From Piscinibacter sp. (lineage in GTDB: Bacteria; Pseudomonadota; Gammaproteobacteria; Burkholderiales; Burkholderiaceae_C), in NCBI RefSeq assembly GCF_041496605.1, contig NZ_JBGQEX010000003.1: a stretch of 64,000 nt of DNA; one strand, given 5' to 3'. The notes beneath the pieces were generated by a model. It was not told the origin of the DNA. It saw nothing but the letters and a program-made list of their open reading frames with translations, and searched no databases. A program made the position numbers and the translations under genes. The number at the start of each line of letters is the position of its first letter. The stretch's first letter is position 1. Shown one piece after another: positions 29,871-38,676 of this stretch.

Positions 29871-30944
29871 TTGCAACAGAAAAGCTTTTCGCCCGCGACG
29901 CAGACCGCGTTTGCCGCGCGTTTCGAGGCGCAGAAGATCGCCTTCGGCCCGGTCGTGTTCCAGTGCGTGCGCTATGCCTGGAAGCGCGGCATGCTGAAAG
30001 CCCTGGGCGAGGCCGGCGACCGCGGGCTGCACATCGACGACCTGGCGGCGACGGGGCAATGGACCGCCTATGCGCTCAAGGTGGCGCTCGAATCCTGTCT
30101 GTCAGCCGGCGTGGTGCGTCTCAGTGAAGACCGCTATGTGCTCGACAAGACCGGCTACTGCGTGCTGACGGATGCGATCACCCAGATCAACTTCAACTTC
30201 GTGCACGACGTCTGCTACCGGGGACTGGCCGATCTGGATCGTTCGCTCGACGAGGCGAGCCCACTCGGGCTCAAGACGCTGGGCGATTGGCCGACCATCT
30301 ACGAGGGCCTGGCCAAGCTGCCCGAGCCGGCCAAGTCGAGCTGGTTCGCCTTCGATCACTTCTATTCCGACACCTCGTTCCCGAGCATCCTGCCCGACGT
30401 GTTCGCGACGGCGCCGCGTCGGCTGATGGACATCGGCGCCAACACCGGCAAGTTCAGCTGCGCGGCGCTGGAACACAACCCGACGGTCGAATTGCACCTG
30501 GTGGACCTGCCGCAGCAGTTGGCCGTGGCCGACGCCACGCTGCGCGCCGCCGGCGTGCGCGAACGCGCCCACCTGCACGCGGTGGACATGCTGGACGCGC
30601 CATCGCCATTCCCGACCGGCATGGACCTGATCTGGATGAGCCAGTTCCTCAGCTGCTTCAGCGAGCCGGCGATTGCCAGCATCCTGCGCCGCGCCGCCGC
30701 GGCGTTGGCACCGCAGGGCCAGTTGCTGATCATGGACACCTTCTGGGACCGCCAGCGCTACGACATTGCGGCGTATTGCCTGATCAACACCTCGCCTTAC
30801 TTCACCGCCATCGCCAGCGGCAACAGCAGGGTCTACGAGAGCACCGACTACATCCGGCTGTGCGAGGCCGCCGGACTGAAGCTCGTCACCGCGCGCGACG
30901 GCATCGGTTATTGCCACTCGCTGCTGCGATTTGCCCGAGGCTGA
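29871..30944 (+). CDS. class I SAM-dependent O-methyltransferase (with N-terminal dimerisation/wHTH-like domain)
   Basis: Motif I (LMDIGANTGKF) and layout like plant/bacterial small-molecule O-MTs. Putative TTG start at 29871; the start is uncertain. Confidence 0.78.
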   Translation: MQQKSFSPATQTAFAARFEAQKIAFGPVVFQCVRYAWKRGMLKALGEAGDRGLHIDDLAATGQWTAYALKVALESCLSAGVVRLSEDRYVLDKTGYCVLTDAITQINFNFVHDVCYRGLADLDRSLDEASPLGLKTLGDWPTIYEGLAKLPEPAKSSWFAFDHFYSDTSFPSILPDVFATAPRRLMDIGANTGKFSCAALEHNPTVELHLVDLPQQLAVADATLRAAGVRERAHLHAVDMLDAPSPFPTGMDLIWMSQFLSCFSEPAIASILRRAAAALAPQGQLLIMDTFWDRQRYDIAAYCLINTSPYFTAIASGNSRVYESTDYIRLCEAAGLKLVTARDGIGYCHSLLRFARG

Positions 30945-30946
30945 AC

Positions 30947-31492
30947 ATGAGCGCGTCGGCGTTCCCGCTGCGTTGCGTTGTGCTTCTGGCCGCGTTGCTG
31001 CTTGGTTGCGCCACGCCGCCGGCCGGCCACCGCGAGGCACCGCTGCTGCGCCTGGCACCGGCTGCGCTGGGCCGCACGCTGGCGCTGCAGCAACAGCTGG
31101 TGGTCGAGGCGCGCGGGCAGACCCAGCGTGTGGATGTGCTGCTCGAAGCCGACGCCGATGCCGTGCGCCTGGCCCTGCTGAACCTGGGGCAAACGGTGGC
31201 AAGGTTGGAGTGGGACGGCCAACAATTGCAGGAGACGAGGGCCGCGTGGTGGCCAGCCGAGGTTCGCTCCGAGCGCATCCTCAGCGATCTGCAACTCGTG
31301 TGGTGGCCGGCCGATGCGGTGCGCGCGGCCTTGCCGGCGGGTTGGGCGTTGAGCGCGAGCCCGGCGCAGCGCGAACTGGTCGAAGGGAGCGAGCTCGTGA
31401 CGGTGGTTCGCTACCTGTCGCCGACGCTCGTGGAGTTGGACAACCGGCGCGCGGGCTACCGCCTGCGCATCGAATCGGTGCCGCTGAACTGA
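30947..31492 (+). CDS. DUF3261-like lipoprotein
   Basis: Lipobox (LLLGCATP). The size and position before the KS gene are as in APE clusters. Confidence 0.68.
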   Translation: MSASAFPLRCVVLLAALLLGCATPPAGHREAPLLRLAPAALGRTLALQQQLVVEARGQTQRVDVLLEADADAVRLALLNLGQTVARLEWDGQQLQETRAAWWPAEVRSERILSDLQLVWWPADAVRAALPAGWALSASPAQRELVEGSELVTVVRYLSPTLVELDNRRAGYRLRIESVPLN

Positions 31493-32673
31493 TGGCGATC
31501 TTTCTCAATCATCTGGGCCTCGTGTGCTCGCTCGGCCTCGGGCAAGTCGGCGTGCGCGAGGCGCTGTTTCGTGCCGATGCGCCGCAGGGCATGACGCACA
31601 CCGAAGCCTTCAGCCCCGGGCGCATGCTGCAGCTCGGCGAGGTGACGGCGCCGCTGCCCGACAGCAGCGCGTGGCCGTTGTGGCACCGCAGCCGCAACAA
31701 CGCGCTGCTCGCCGCGGCGCTGCAGGAAATCCGACCGGCTGTCGATGCAGCCATCGCTCGTGTGGGCCCGGCGCGCGTGGCCATCGTGCTGGGCGGCAGC
31801 ACCTCGGGCGTGCGCGAAGGGGAGGCGGCGGTGCGCACGCGCCGCAGCACGGGCCAGTGGCCGGCGGGCTACGACTATCGGCAGCAGGAGCTTGCGTCGG
31901 CCAGCGCGTTCCTGGCCTGGCTGCTCGGCACGGCCGGCCCCGCGCATGTGATCTCCACCGCCTGTTCGTCGGGCGCCAAGTCGCTGGCGTCGGGGGCGCG
32001 GTTGCTGCAGGCCGGCCTCGCCGACGTGGTGATCGCCGGCGGCGTCGACACCTTGTGCCGCTTCACGCTGGCCGGCTTCACGGCGCTGGAGTCGGTGTCG
32101 GCGACACGCTGCAATCCACTGTCGGTAAACCGCGACGGCATCAACCTCGGCGAAGGGGCGGCGCTGTTCGTGATGAGCCGCGAGAACGGGCCGGTACGCC
32201 TGGCCGGCTGGGGCGAGACCTCGGACGCGCACCACATCTCCGGCCCCGACCCGACCGCGCGCGGTGCGATCGACGCGATGAACCTGGCGCTGACGCGAGC
32301 GCGAGTGGCCGCGTCGGAGGTCGACTACGTCAACCTGCACGGCACGGCCACGCCGCAGAACGACGCGATGGAAAGCCGCGCCATCGTGCAGGCCCTGGGC
32401 GCGCAGGTGCCGGTGAGCTCGACCAAGCCGCTGACCGGCCATGCGCTGGGCGCGGCGGGCGCCATCGAGGCCGGTTTTGGCTGGCTCGCGCTGGTGGACA
32501 ATCCCACCGGGCTGTTGCCGCCCCATTGGTGGGACGGACAGGCCGACCCCGAGTTACCCGAGCTTCACGTGGCGTCGCCCGGCGAACGCTTGGGTCGACC
32601 GCTGCGCCACGTGCTGAGCAACTCGTTCGCATTCGGAGGCAGCAACGCGAGCCTGCTGCTCGCGCAGGGGTGA
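31492..32673 (+). CDS. beta-ketoacyl-ACP synthase (ApeO-like)
   Basis: Active-site Cys context (STACSSG), His residues in HISGPDP and NLHGTATP, and a C-terminal SNSFAFGGSN. Confidence 0.9.
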   Translation: MAIFLNHLGLVCSLGLGQVGVREALFRADAPQGMTHTEAFSPGRMLQLGEVTAPLPDSSAWPLWHRSRNNALLAAALQEIRPAVDAAIARVGPARVAIVLGGSTSGVREGEAAVRTRRSTGQWPAGYDYRQQELASASAFLAWLLGTAGPAHVISTACSSGAKSLASGARLLQAGLADVVIAGGVDTLCRFTLAGFTALESVSATRCNPLSVNRDGINLGEGAALFVMSRENGPVRLAGWGETSDAHHISGPDPTARGAIDAMNLALTRARVAASEVDYVNLHGTATPQNDAMESRAIVQALGAQVPVSSTKPLTGHALGAAGAIEAGFGWLALVDNPTGLLPPHWWDGQADPELPELHVASPGERLGRPLRHVLSNSFAFGGSNASLLLAQG

Positions 32674-32678
32674 GCCGC

Positions 32679-33137
32679 ATGTCCGTCGACGAGATGACGA
32701 TGATCGAGAACTACATTCCGCACCGCGCGCCGATGCGCCTGATCGACCGCCTGATCGAGGCCGACGACCAGCACGTGCTGGTCGAGGCCGACGTGCCGGG
32801 CGAAGGCCGCTTCGTGCGCGACGGCGAGATGCCGACCTGGGTCGGCATCGAACACATGGCGCAGGCGATCGCGGCGTGGGCCGGCGCGCGCGCCCGGCGC
32901 CGCGGCCAGCCGGTGCGGCTGGGCCTGCTGCTCGGAAGCCGCAAGGTCGAGATGCGCCGCGCCACGCTGCCGGCCGGCGCGACGCTGCGCATTCACGCAC
33001 GCTGCGAACTGCTGGCCGACAACGGGCTCGGCATGTTCGAGTGCCGCATCACGCTCGGCGACGAAGAGGTCGCGAGTGCGTTCGTCTCGGTGTTCGAACC
33101 CGAGGACGCAATGAGCTACCTGGCGCGTTCGTCATGA
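32679..33137 (+). CDS. hotdog-fold 3-hydroxyacyl-ACP dehydratase (ApeP-like)
   Basis: IPHRAPMRLIDRL...GIEHMAQAIAAW, typical of the FabZ-like dehydratases found in APE clusters. Confidence 0.8.
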   Translation: MSVDEMTMIENYIPHRAPMRLIDRLIEADDQHVLVEADVPGEGRFVRDGEMPTWVGIEHMAQAIAAWAGARARRRGQPVRLGLLLGSRKVEMRRATLPAGATLRIHARCELLADNGLGMFECRITLGDEEVASAFVSVFEPEDAMSYLARSS

Positions 33138-33865
33138 GCGATCACACCGTGCTGGTCACCGGATCGAGCCGCGGCATCGGGCGCGCGATTGCGCTGCGCC
33201 TGGCGCGCGACGGCTTCGATGTGGTGGTGCATTGCCGCCAGGCCGTCGAGCAGGCGCGCGCCGTGGCCGACGACATCACGGCGCTCGGCCGCAGTGCGCG
33301 CGTGCTGGCTTTCGACGTGGCCGACCGGCAGGCCGCTGCACAGGCGCTCGAGGCCGACATCGAGGCCCATGGCGCCTACTACGGCGTGGTCTGCAACGCC
33401 GGCATCGCGCGCGACGCGGCGTTTCCGGCGATGTCGGGCGAGGAGTGGGACAGCGTGATCCACACCAACCTCGACGCCTTCTACAACGTGATCCACCCGC
33501 TGGTGATGCCGATGGTGCGGCGGCGCAAGCCGGGGCGCATCGTCACGTTGGCGTCAGTGTCGGGGCTGATCGGCAACCGCGGGCAGACCAACTACAGTGC
33601 GGCCAAGGCGGGGCTGATGGGCGCGAGCAAAGCGCTGGCAGCCGAGCTGGCGAGCCGCGAGATTACGGTCAACTGCGTGGCGCCCGGGCTCATAGAGACC
33701 GAGATGATCGAACAACGTGTGGTCGACGAGGCCCTGAAGATCATTCCGGCCAAGCGCATGGGGCGTCCGGAGGAAGTGGCCGCGCTGGTGGCCTTCTTGA
33801 TGTCTGCCGACGCGAGCTACATCACGCGGCAGGTGATTTCGGTGAACGGGGGGATGTTCGGGTGA
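33134..33865 (+). CDS. 3-oxoacyl-ACP reductase (FabG-like SDR)
   Basis: TGSSRGIGRAIA cofactor motif, NAG, and the YSAAK catalytic motif. ATGA overlap with the upstream gene. Confidence 0.93.
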   Translation: MSDHTVLVTGSSRGIGRAIALRLARDGFDVVVHCRQAVEQARAVADDITALGRSARVLAFDVADRQAAAQALEADIEAHGAYYGVVCNAGIARDAAFPAMSGEEWDSVIHTNLDAFYNVIHPLVMPMVRRRKPGRIVTLASVSGLIGNRGQTNYSAAKAGLMGASKALAAELASREITVNCVAPGLIETEMIEQRVVDEALKIIPAKRMGRPEEVAALVAFLMSADASYITRQVISVNGGMFG

Positions 33866-35091
33866 AGCGTGTTGTCATCACGGGGGTCGGGGCGATCAGC
33901 CCGCTGGGTCACGACTGGTCCAGCGTGCAGAGGTGCTTGCGCGAGGGTCGCAACGTGGTTCGCTACATGGCCGAGTGGGACGTCTACGACGGCCTGAACA
34001 CGCGGCTCGGTGCACCGGCGCAAGCCTTCGATCTGCCCGCGCACTACAACCGCAAGTCCACGCGCAGCATGGGCCGTGTGGCCTTGATGGCCACGCGCGC
34101 CAGCGAGCTGGCATTGGCGGATGCGGGCTTGTCGGGCCACCCGATGGTGCAGGACGGTCGCATGGGCATCTCGTACGGCTCGTCGGCCGGCACACCGACG
34201 GCGGTGGGCGACTTCGGGCGCATGTTCGCCGAGAAGACCACCGAAGGCATCAACGCCACCACCTACATCAAGATGATGTCGCACACCGCACCGGTGAACA
34301 TCGGCGTGTTCTTCGGCATCACCGGCCGCATCATCACGACCTCGAGCGCCTGCACCTCGGGCAGCCAGGGCATAGGCTATGCGTTCGAAGCGATTCGCGC
34401 CGGCTGCCAGGTGGCGATGCTGGCCGGCGGCGCCGAGGAGCTCGACGCCAGCGAGGCGGCCGTGTTCGACACGCTGTTCGCGACCAGCGTGCGCAACGAC
34501 CGACCCGACACCACGCCGCGCCCCTTCGATGTGGACCGCGACGGACTGGTGCTCGGCGAGGGCGCCTGCACGCTGGTGCTCGAAGAGCTCGACCACGCGC
34601 GCGAGCGCGGCGCCACCATCCTGGCCGAGGTGGTCGGCTACGGTACCAACAGCGACGGCACCCACGTCACGCAACCGAACGCGCGCACGATGGCCACCGC
34701 GATGCAGCTTGCGCTGCGCGACGCGGCACTGGAGCCGCACGACATCGGCTACATCAACGCCCATGGCACCGCCACCGACCATGGCGACGTGGCCGAGACC
34801 ACCGGCACCTTCGGCGTGTTCGGGCGCGCGGTGCCGATCAGTTCGCTGAAGAGCTACATGGGCCACACGCTGGGCGCCTGCGGCGCGCTCGAAGCCTGGA
34901 TGACGGTCGAGATGATGCGCAGTGCCTGGTTCGCGCCGACCATCAATCTCGAACAGGTCGACCCCAAGTGCGGTGCGCTCGACTACATCATGGGCGCCGG
35001 GCGCGAGATCGAGACCGATTGCGTCATGAGCAACAACTTCGCCTTCGGCGGCATCAATACGTCCTTGATCTTTCGCCGCTGGCGAGAATGA
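33862..35091 (+). CDS. beta-ketoacyl-ACP synthase II-like (ApeR/FabF-like)
   Basis: SSACTSG active site, NAHGTAT, GHTLGACG and NNFAFGGINT. GTGA overlap with the upstream gene. Confidence 0.93.
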   Translation: MKRVVITGVGAISPLGHDWSSVQRCLREGRNVVRYMAEWDVYDGLNTRLGAPAQAFDLPAHYNRKSTRSMGRVALMATRASELALADAGLSGHPMVQDGRMGISYGSSAGTPTAVGDFGRMFAEKTTEGINATTYIKMMSHTAPVNIGVFFGITGRIITTSSACTSGSQGIGYAFEAIRAGCQVAMLAGGAEELDASEAAVFDTLFATSVRNDRPDTTPRPFDVDRDGLVLGEGACTLVLEELDHARERGATILAEVVGYGTNSDGTHVTQPNARTMATAMQLALRDAALEPHDIGYINAHGTATDHGDVAETTGTFGVFGRAVPISSLKSYMGHTLGACGALEAWMTVEMMRSAWFAPTINLEQVDPKCGALDYIMGAGREIETDCVMSNNFAFGGINTSLIFRRWRE

Positions 35092-35131
35092 GCGCCTTTT
35101 CTGCCACCCCACTCGACGAGGAGAAACCAAG

Positions 35132-35575
35132 ATGAAGAAGACTCTGCCTTTGGTTCTGGCCCTGATGACTGCCGCGCTGGCGTCGCCGGCAGGGGCGCGC
35201 GACACGGCGGTCAAGTTGTCGTTTGCCGAACTCCTGGATTCGCCCCAGGCCAAGTCGAAGCTCGACGGGTCGGTGCAGTTCTTCCTGGCCGGACAGAAGA
35301 CGCCGAAGGTCATCGAGCGCAAGGGCGAGGACGTGTCCAACAAGAAGACCAACGGCTTCAACAAGGACGTGACGACCGGCTGCCAATGGGCCGCGCTGGC
35401 CGCGCTGATCGCGTTCCAGGACAAGGCCAAGCAGATGGGCGCCAATGCGGTGGTCGACATCGTGAGCTTCTACAAAAGGGACACGTTTTCCAGCGCCACC
35501 GAATACCAATGCCACGACGGCGCCTTCGTCACCGGCGTGACGCTCAAGGGCACCTACGCCAAAGTGGCGAAGTAA
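35132..35575 (+). CDS. secreted 147-aa protein, tandem paralog A
   Basis: Signal peptide. Shares the blocks KLDGSV, ERKG-DV and AKQ-GANAVVDIVS-YK--TFSSATEY-CH with the next gene. Confidence 0.7.
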   Translation: MKKTLPLVLALMTAALASPAGARDTAVKLSFAELLDSPQAKSKLDGSVQFFLAGQKTPKVIERKGEDVSNKKTNGFNKDVTTGCQWAALAALIAFQDKAKQMGANAVVDIVSFYKRDTFSSATEYQCHDGAFVTGVTLKGTYAKVAK

Positions 35576-35613
35576 CCCGTTCATCAACCCGAAAAGAAAG
35601 AGGAGTGAATCGA

Positions 35614-36057
35614 ATGAAGAAGTCGCTTGTTTTGTGCCTGATGGCTGCCACCCTCGCCGCTCCGGCCCTGGCGCGCAACACCGAGTACAAGCTGTCGTTG
35701 GCCGACGTCATGGGCAGTCCCGAGGCGAAGGCAAAGCTGGACGGTTCGGTGAAGTTCTACTTCGGCGAAAAGACGATGCCCGCCGGCGCCGAGCGAAAGG
35801 GCGATGACGTGATCAACCGCATCGCCAAAGGCGCCGGGCGCAACGATGACATCAACGCCTGCAAGGCTGCGGCGGTGGATGCGTTGGCGGGCCTGCAGGA
35901 GCGGGCCAAGCAACTGGGCGCCAACGCGGTGGTCGACATCGTGAGCTACTACAAGAACACGACGTTCTCGAGTGCCACGGAATACGAATGCCACGCGGGC
36001 GGCACCGGTGGCCACCTGACGTTCCGGGCCACCTTCGTCAGCGTGCCCGCGAAGTGA
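35614..36057 (+). CDS. secreted 147-aa protein, tandem paralog B
   Basis: ATG preceded by AGAGGAG. It has a signal peptide and is a paralog of 35132-35575. Confidence 0.7.
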   Translation: MKKSLVLCLMAATLAAPALARNTEYKLSLADVMGSPEAKAKLDGSVKFYFGEKTMPAGAERKGDDVINRIAKGAGRNDDINACKAAAVDALAGLQERAKQLGANAVVDIVSYYKNTTFSSATEYECHAGGTGGHLTFRATFVSVPAK

Positions 36058-36058
36058 T

Positions 36059-36757
36059 GTGACGCAGCCGGCGAAGCTCTGGTGCGGCAGCGTGGCCCCG
36101 CAGCTGCGCCACGCTGCCGGCTGCAGCGTGCCCTGGCTGTCTCCCGCAGAAACCCTGCGACTGGCCACGATCACGGCGCCGCGCCGACGCGACCAGTTCC
36201 TGGCCGGCCGCTGGCTCGGCCGACAGGCTCTCGCGGCGCGCCACGGGGGCCTGCCGCAGGACTGGCAGTTGTCCGCACCGGCCGACGCCACCCCTCAAGT
36301 CACCGGCGGCCCCATCGTTTGCTCCAGCACCCTCGGGCTGTCACACAGCGGCGACACGGTCGCGTGCGTGTTGGCGGACAGCGCGCTGGGCATCGACGTC
36401 GAACGCCATGGCCGACGTGTGCTGGACCTTGCGGGCCTGGCCGACCTGGCACTGAGCGACGTCGAGCGCATGTACTGGCTGGAATTGCCCGTCGAGTCGC
36501 GCCAGGTCGGGTTCCTGGGCTGGTGGACGCTCAAGGAGGCGTGGCTCAAGGCGCACGGCCGAATGCTGAACCCGGCCACCTTGCGTGGCATCGTGGCATT
36601 GCCGGTTCGCGCCGAAGCCGCGAACGCGCGGCTGTGGTGCGAGGCCGATTTCACGCTGGCCTTGGTCGGGCTGGATGCGGCCACGCCGCTCGACCTTGCA
36701 ACACCCTCGCCATCCAGCGTGGTGCAGTGGTGGCAAGTCAGCGAGGCGGCGGCCTGA
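36059..36757 (+). CDS. 4'-phosphopantetheinyl transferase (Sfp/EntD type)
   Basis: GIDVE and W-LKEAWLKAHG motifs. The GTG start lies 2 nt after the upstream stop. Confidence 0.8.
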   Translation: MTQPAKLWCGSVAPQLRHAAGCSVPWLSPAETLRLATITAPRRRDQFLAGRWLGRQALAARHGGLPQDWQLSAPADATPQVTGGPIVCSSTLGLSHSGDTVACVLADSALGIDVERHGRRVLDLAGLADLALSDVERMYWLELPVESRQVGFLGWWTLKEAWLKAHGRMLNPATLRGIVALPVRAEAANARLWCEADFTLALVGLDAATPLDLATPSPSSVVQWWQVSEAAA

Positions 36758-36760
36758 GCG

Positions 36761-37237
36761 TCACACCAGATGTTCCGCGCGCGGCGACGCGCCGCGCAGG
36801 AAGATCGTCGCGCCGTCCACGCTGGACAGCGGTGCGTGCAGCGTGTCTTTGTGAGCCAGATGGAATCCGCCCGCCGCCAGCAGAAGGTCGTCGCCGATCT
36901 GCAGGCGGCCCTGCATGACGACGCACTCTTCGTCGATCGGGTGGCGGTGCGGCGGAATCACGGCGCCGGGCTGCAGGCGCAGCAGGTAGGACATGATGCC
37001 TCCGCTTTCGTGCAGCACCTTGATGTGCACGCCCGGCAGAAACGGGCTCCAGTCGCCGCTGCCGGGTTGCACCGTGACATGGCCTCGCTCAGCCGCGGCA
37101 ATGCGCTCGAACACCCGTTGCTTGATGCGCGATGCGGTGGTTTCCGGCAGCGGTTCGGGCGCCTGCGCTTCGGCGAACGCGGCCAGCAGGTCGGCGGCCA
37201 GGGCCGACCGCTCGTCGTCGGGGCGGGAGGTGTTCAT
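36761..37237 (-). CDS. ChrR-like cupin-domain anti-sigma factor
   Basis: The N-terminal anti-sigma region is followed by a cupin domain (LRLQPGAVIPPHRHPIDEECVVMQGRL). Its ATG overlaps the sigma-factor stop (ATGA). Confidence 0.72.
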   Translation of the reverse strand: MNTSRPDDERSALAADLLAAFAEAQAPEPLPETTASRIKQRVFERIAAAERGHVTVQPGSGDWSPFLPGVHIKVLHESGGIMSYLLRLQPGAVIPPHRHPIDEECVVMQGRLQIGDDLLLAAGGFHLAHKDTLHAPLSSVDGATIFLRGASPRAEHLV

Positions 37238-38001
37238 GATGCGGCCGTGGGGGAGGGTGAAGTCTCGGCCAAAAGCGTTCGCAGTTTGGCCTGGGCCCGA
37301 AGGATCAGCGATTTGACGGTGCCCAGCGGCAACCCGGTTTCGTCGCTGACCTCGCGGTGTGACAGCTCGCGGTAGTAGGCCAGGCCGAGCACCCAGCGCT
37401 CCTGCGGCGAGAGTTCGGCCAGCGCACCGTGCAGCCGGCTGTGCGCCTGGACTGCGGCCAGCAGATCGACCGGGCCCGGTGCCTCGCTCGGCTGTGCGGC
37501 ATCGTCGTCGGTGTTCTCGACTTCGGGAGAAGCCTTGTGGCGGCGAAGCAGGTCCAGTGCGCGACTGCGCACAATGGTGAGCAGCCAGGTCACAAGGCTG
37601 CCGCGCGCGGCATCGAATTGGGCAGCGTCGCGCCAGGCCTGCAGGTAGGCGTCGGCCACCACGTCTTCGACGTCGGCCGGCGGCACCATGCGCCGCGCCA
37701 GCGCGTGTGCGTAGCCTATGGTGAGGTCGTAGACACGCTCGAACGCGCCTGCGTTGCCGGCCGCGGCGGCCTGCAACAACGAGGCGAGCAGCGCATCCCG
37801 CGCACCACGCGCCGCGGCTGCATCGGCCGCGTCGTCGGACCGCGAGCTTGAAAAGGGGGAAGCGGGAGCCAAGCGGAGAGTGCCTCGTGAGTGCGCATGC
37901 GCCGACGAGCGCGGCCATGCCGCAGGCGACATTAGCAGATCGTTGGCGGCGTTGCCAGTTGGAGCCAACAGGGCAGGTGCTGCGCGGACGGCGGTGGACA
38001 A
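37234..38001 (-). CDS. ECF (sigma-70 family) RNA polymerase sigma factor
   Basis: Region 2 (FERVYDLTIGYAHALARRM...DVVADAYLQAW) and region 4 (LSPQERWVLGLAYYRELSHREVSDETGLPLGTVKS). The true start is probably downstream of 38001, either the ATG at 37932 or a non-ATG codon. Confidence 0.85.
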   Translation of the reverse strand: MSTAVRAAPALLAPTGNAANDLLMSPAAWPRSSAHAHSRGTLRLAPASPFSSSRSDDAADAAAARGARDALLASLLQAAAAGNAGAFERVYDLTIGYAHALARRMVPPADVEDVVADAYLQAWRDAAQFDAARGSLVTWLLTIVRSRALDLLRRHKASPEVENTDDDAAQPSEAPGPVDLLAAVQAHSRLHGALAELSPQERWVLGLAYYRELSHREVSDETGLPLGTVKSLILRAQAKLRTLLAETSPSPTAAS

Positions 38002-38089
38002 GGCATTCTCCCGGGAACACCCGGACTACGGACGAGGCGCCGCGCTGGATGCAACAACCCTGCTGCGCGGCGGGCCGTCGACGCCGTGG

Positions 38090-38614
38090 TCAGCGTGCCG
38101 CGAGCAGCTGCGAGCGCACGGATTCGATGCGCTCGCGGTTGACGCCGAAGTCGCCGCTGCCCACGCGCGAGGCCGAGCGAACCTGGACCACGTTCGCCAC
38201 CGGGTCGAACCAGAACTCGGTGTCGTCCACGTACTTCATCAGCCGGGTCGTGAATTGCGCGTACAGATAGCCCGGCTCGATCTTCACGATGCGCGCGCCG
38301 GGCATGCCTTCGGCGATGGTTCGGATGCGCCCCATCGTCGCGGGCCCGTCGCCCACGAGCGGCAGTGGCGCGATGTCGGCATAACGGCGCATCGGGTGGT
38401 CCGGGTACAGCGCGGCCTGGCTGGTCACGCTGTTGGGCGTCTTCGACGGCGGCTTGAGCCGGCCGTCGCGCACACCCAGGTCGTCGGGCGCGTGGCCCTG
38501 CAGCATGCCCAGCTGGCCGACCAGCAGCGCAGCGAGCGCGATGAGCGCGACGGCGATGACAAGCCATTTGACGACGAACATGATGGCGCGCGGGCAAGGA
38601 TGCTTCGCTGCCAT
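38090..38614 (-). CDS. DUF1499 domain membrane-anchored protein
   Basis: N-terminal TM segment, then a YVDDTEFWFD motif as I recall it for DUF1499. Start at the ATG at 38614 or 38581. Confidence 0.65.
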   Translation of the reverse strand: MAAKHPCPRAIMFVVKWLVIAVALIALAALLVGQLGMLQGHAPDDLGVRDGRLKPPSKTPNSVTSQAALYPDHPMRRYADIAPLPLVGDGPATMGRIRTIAEGMPGARIVKIEPGYLYAQFTTRLMKYVDDTEFWFDPVANVVQVRSASRVGSGDFGVNRERIESVRSQLLAAR

Positions 38615-38676
38615 TGTGACCCCGCCCGCGGCTATATTGGTCGCCCGTCCACCGCCGCCGCCGACCGGAGACCTGC

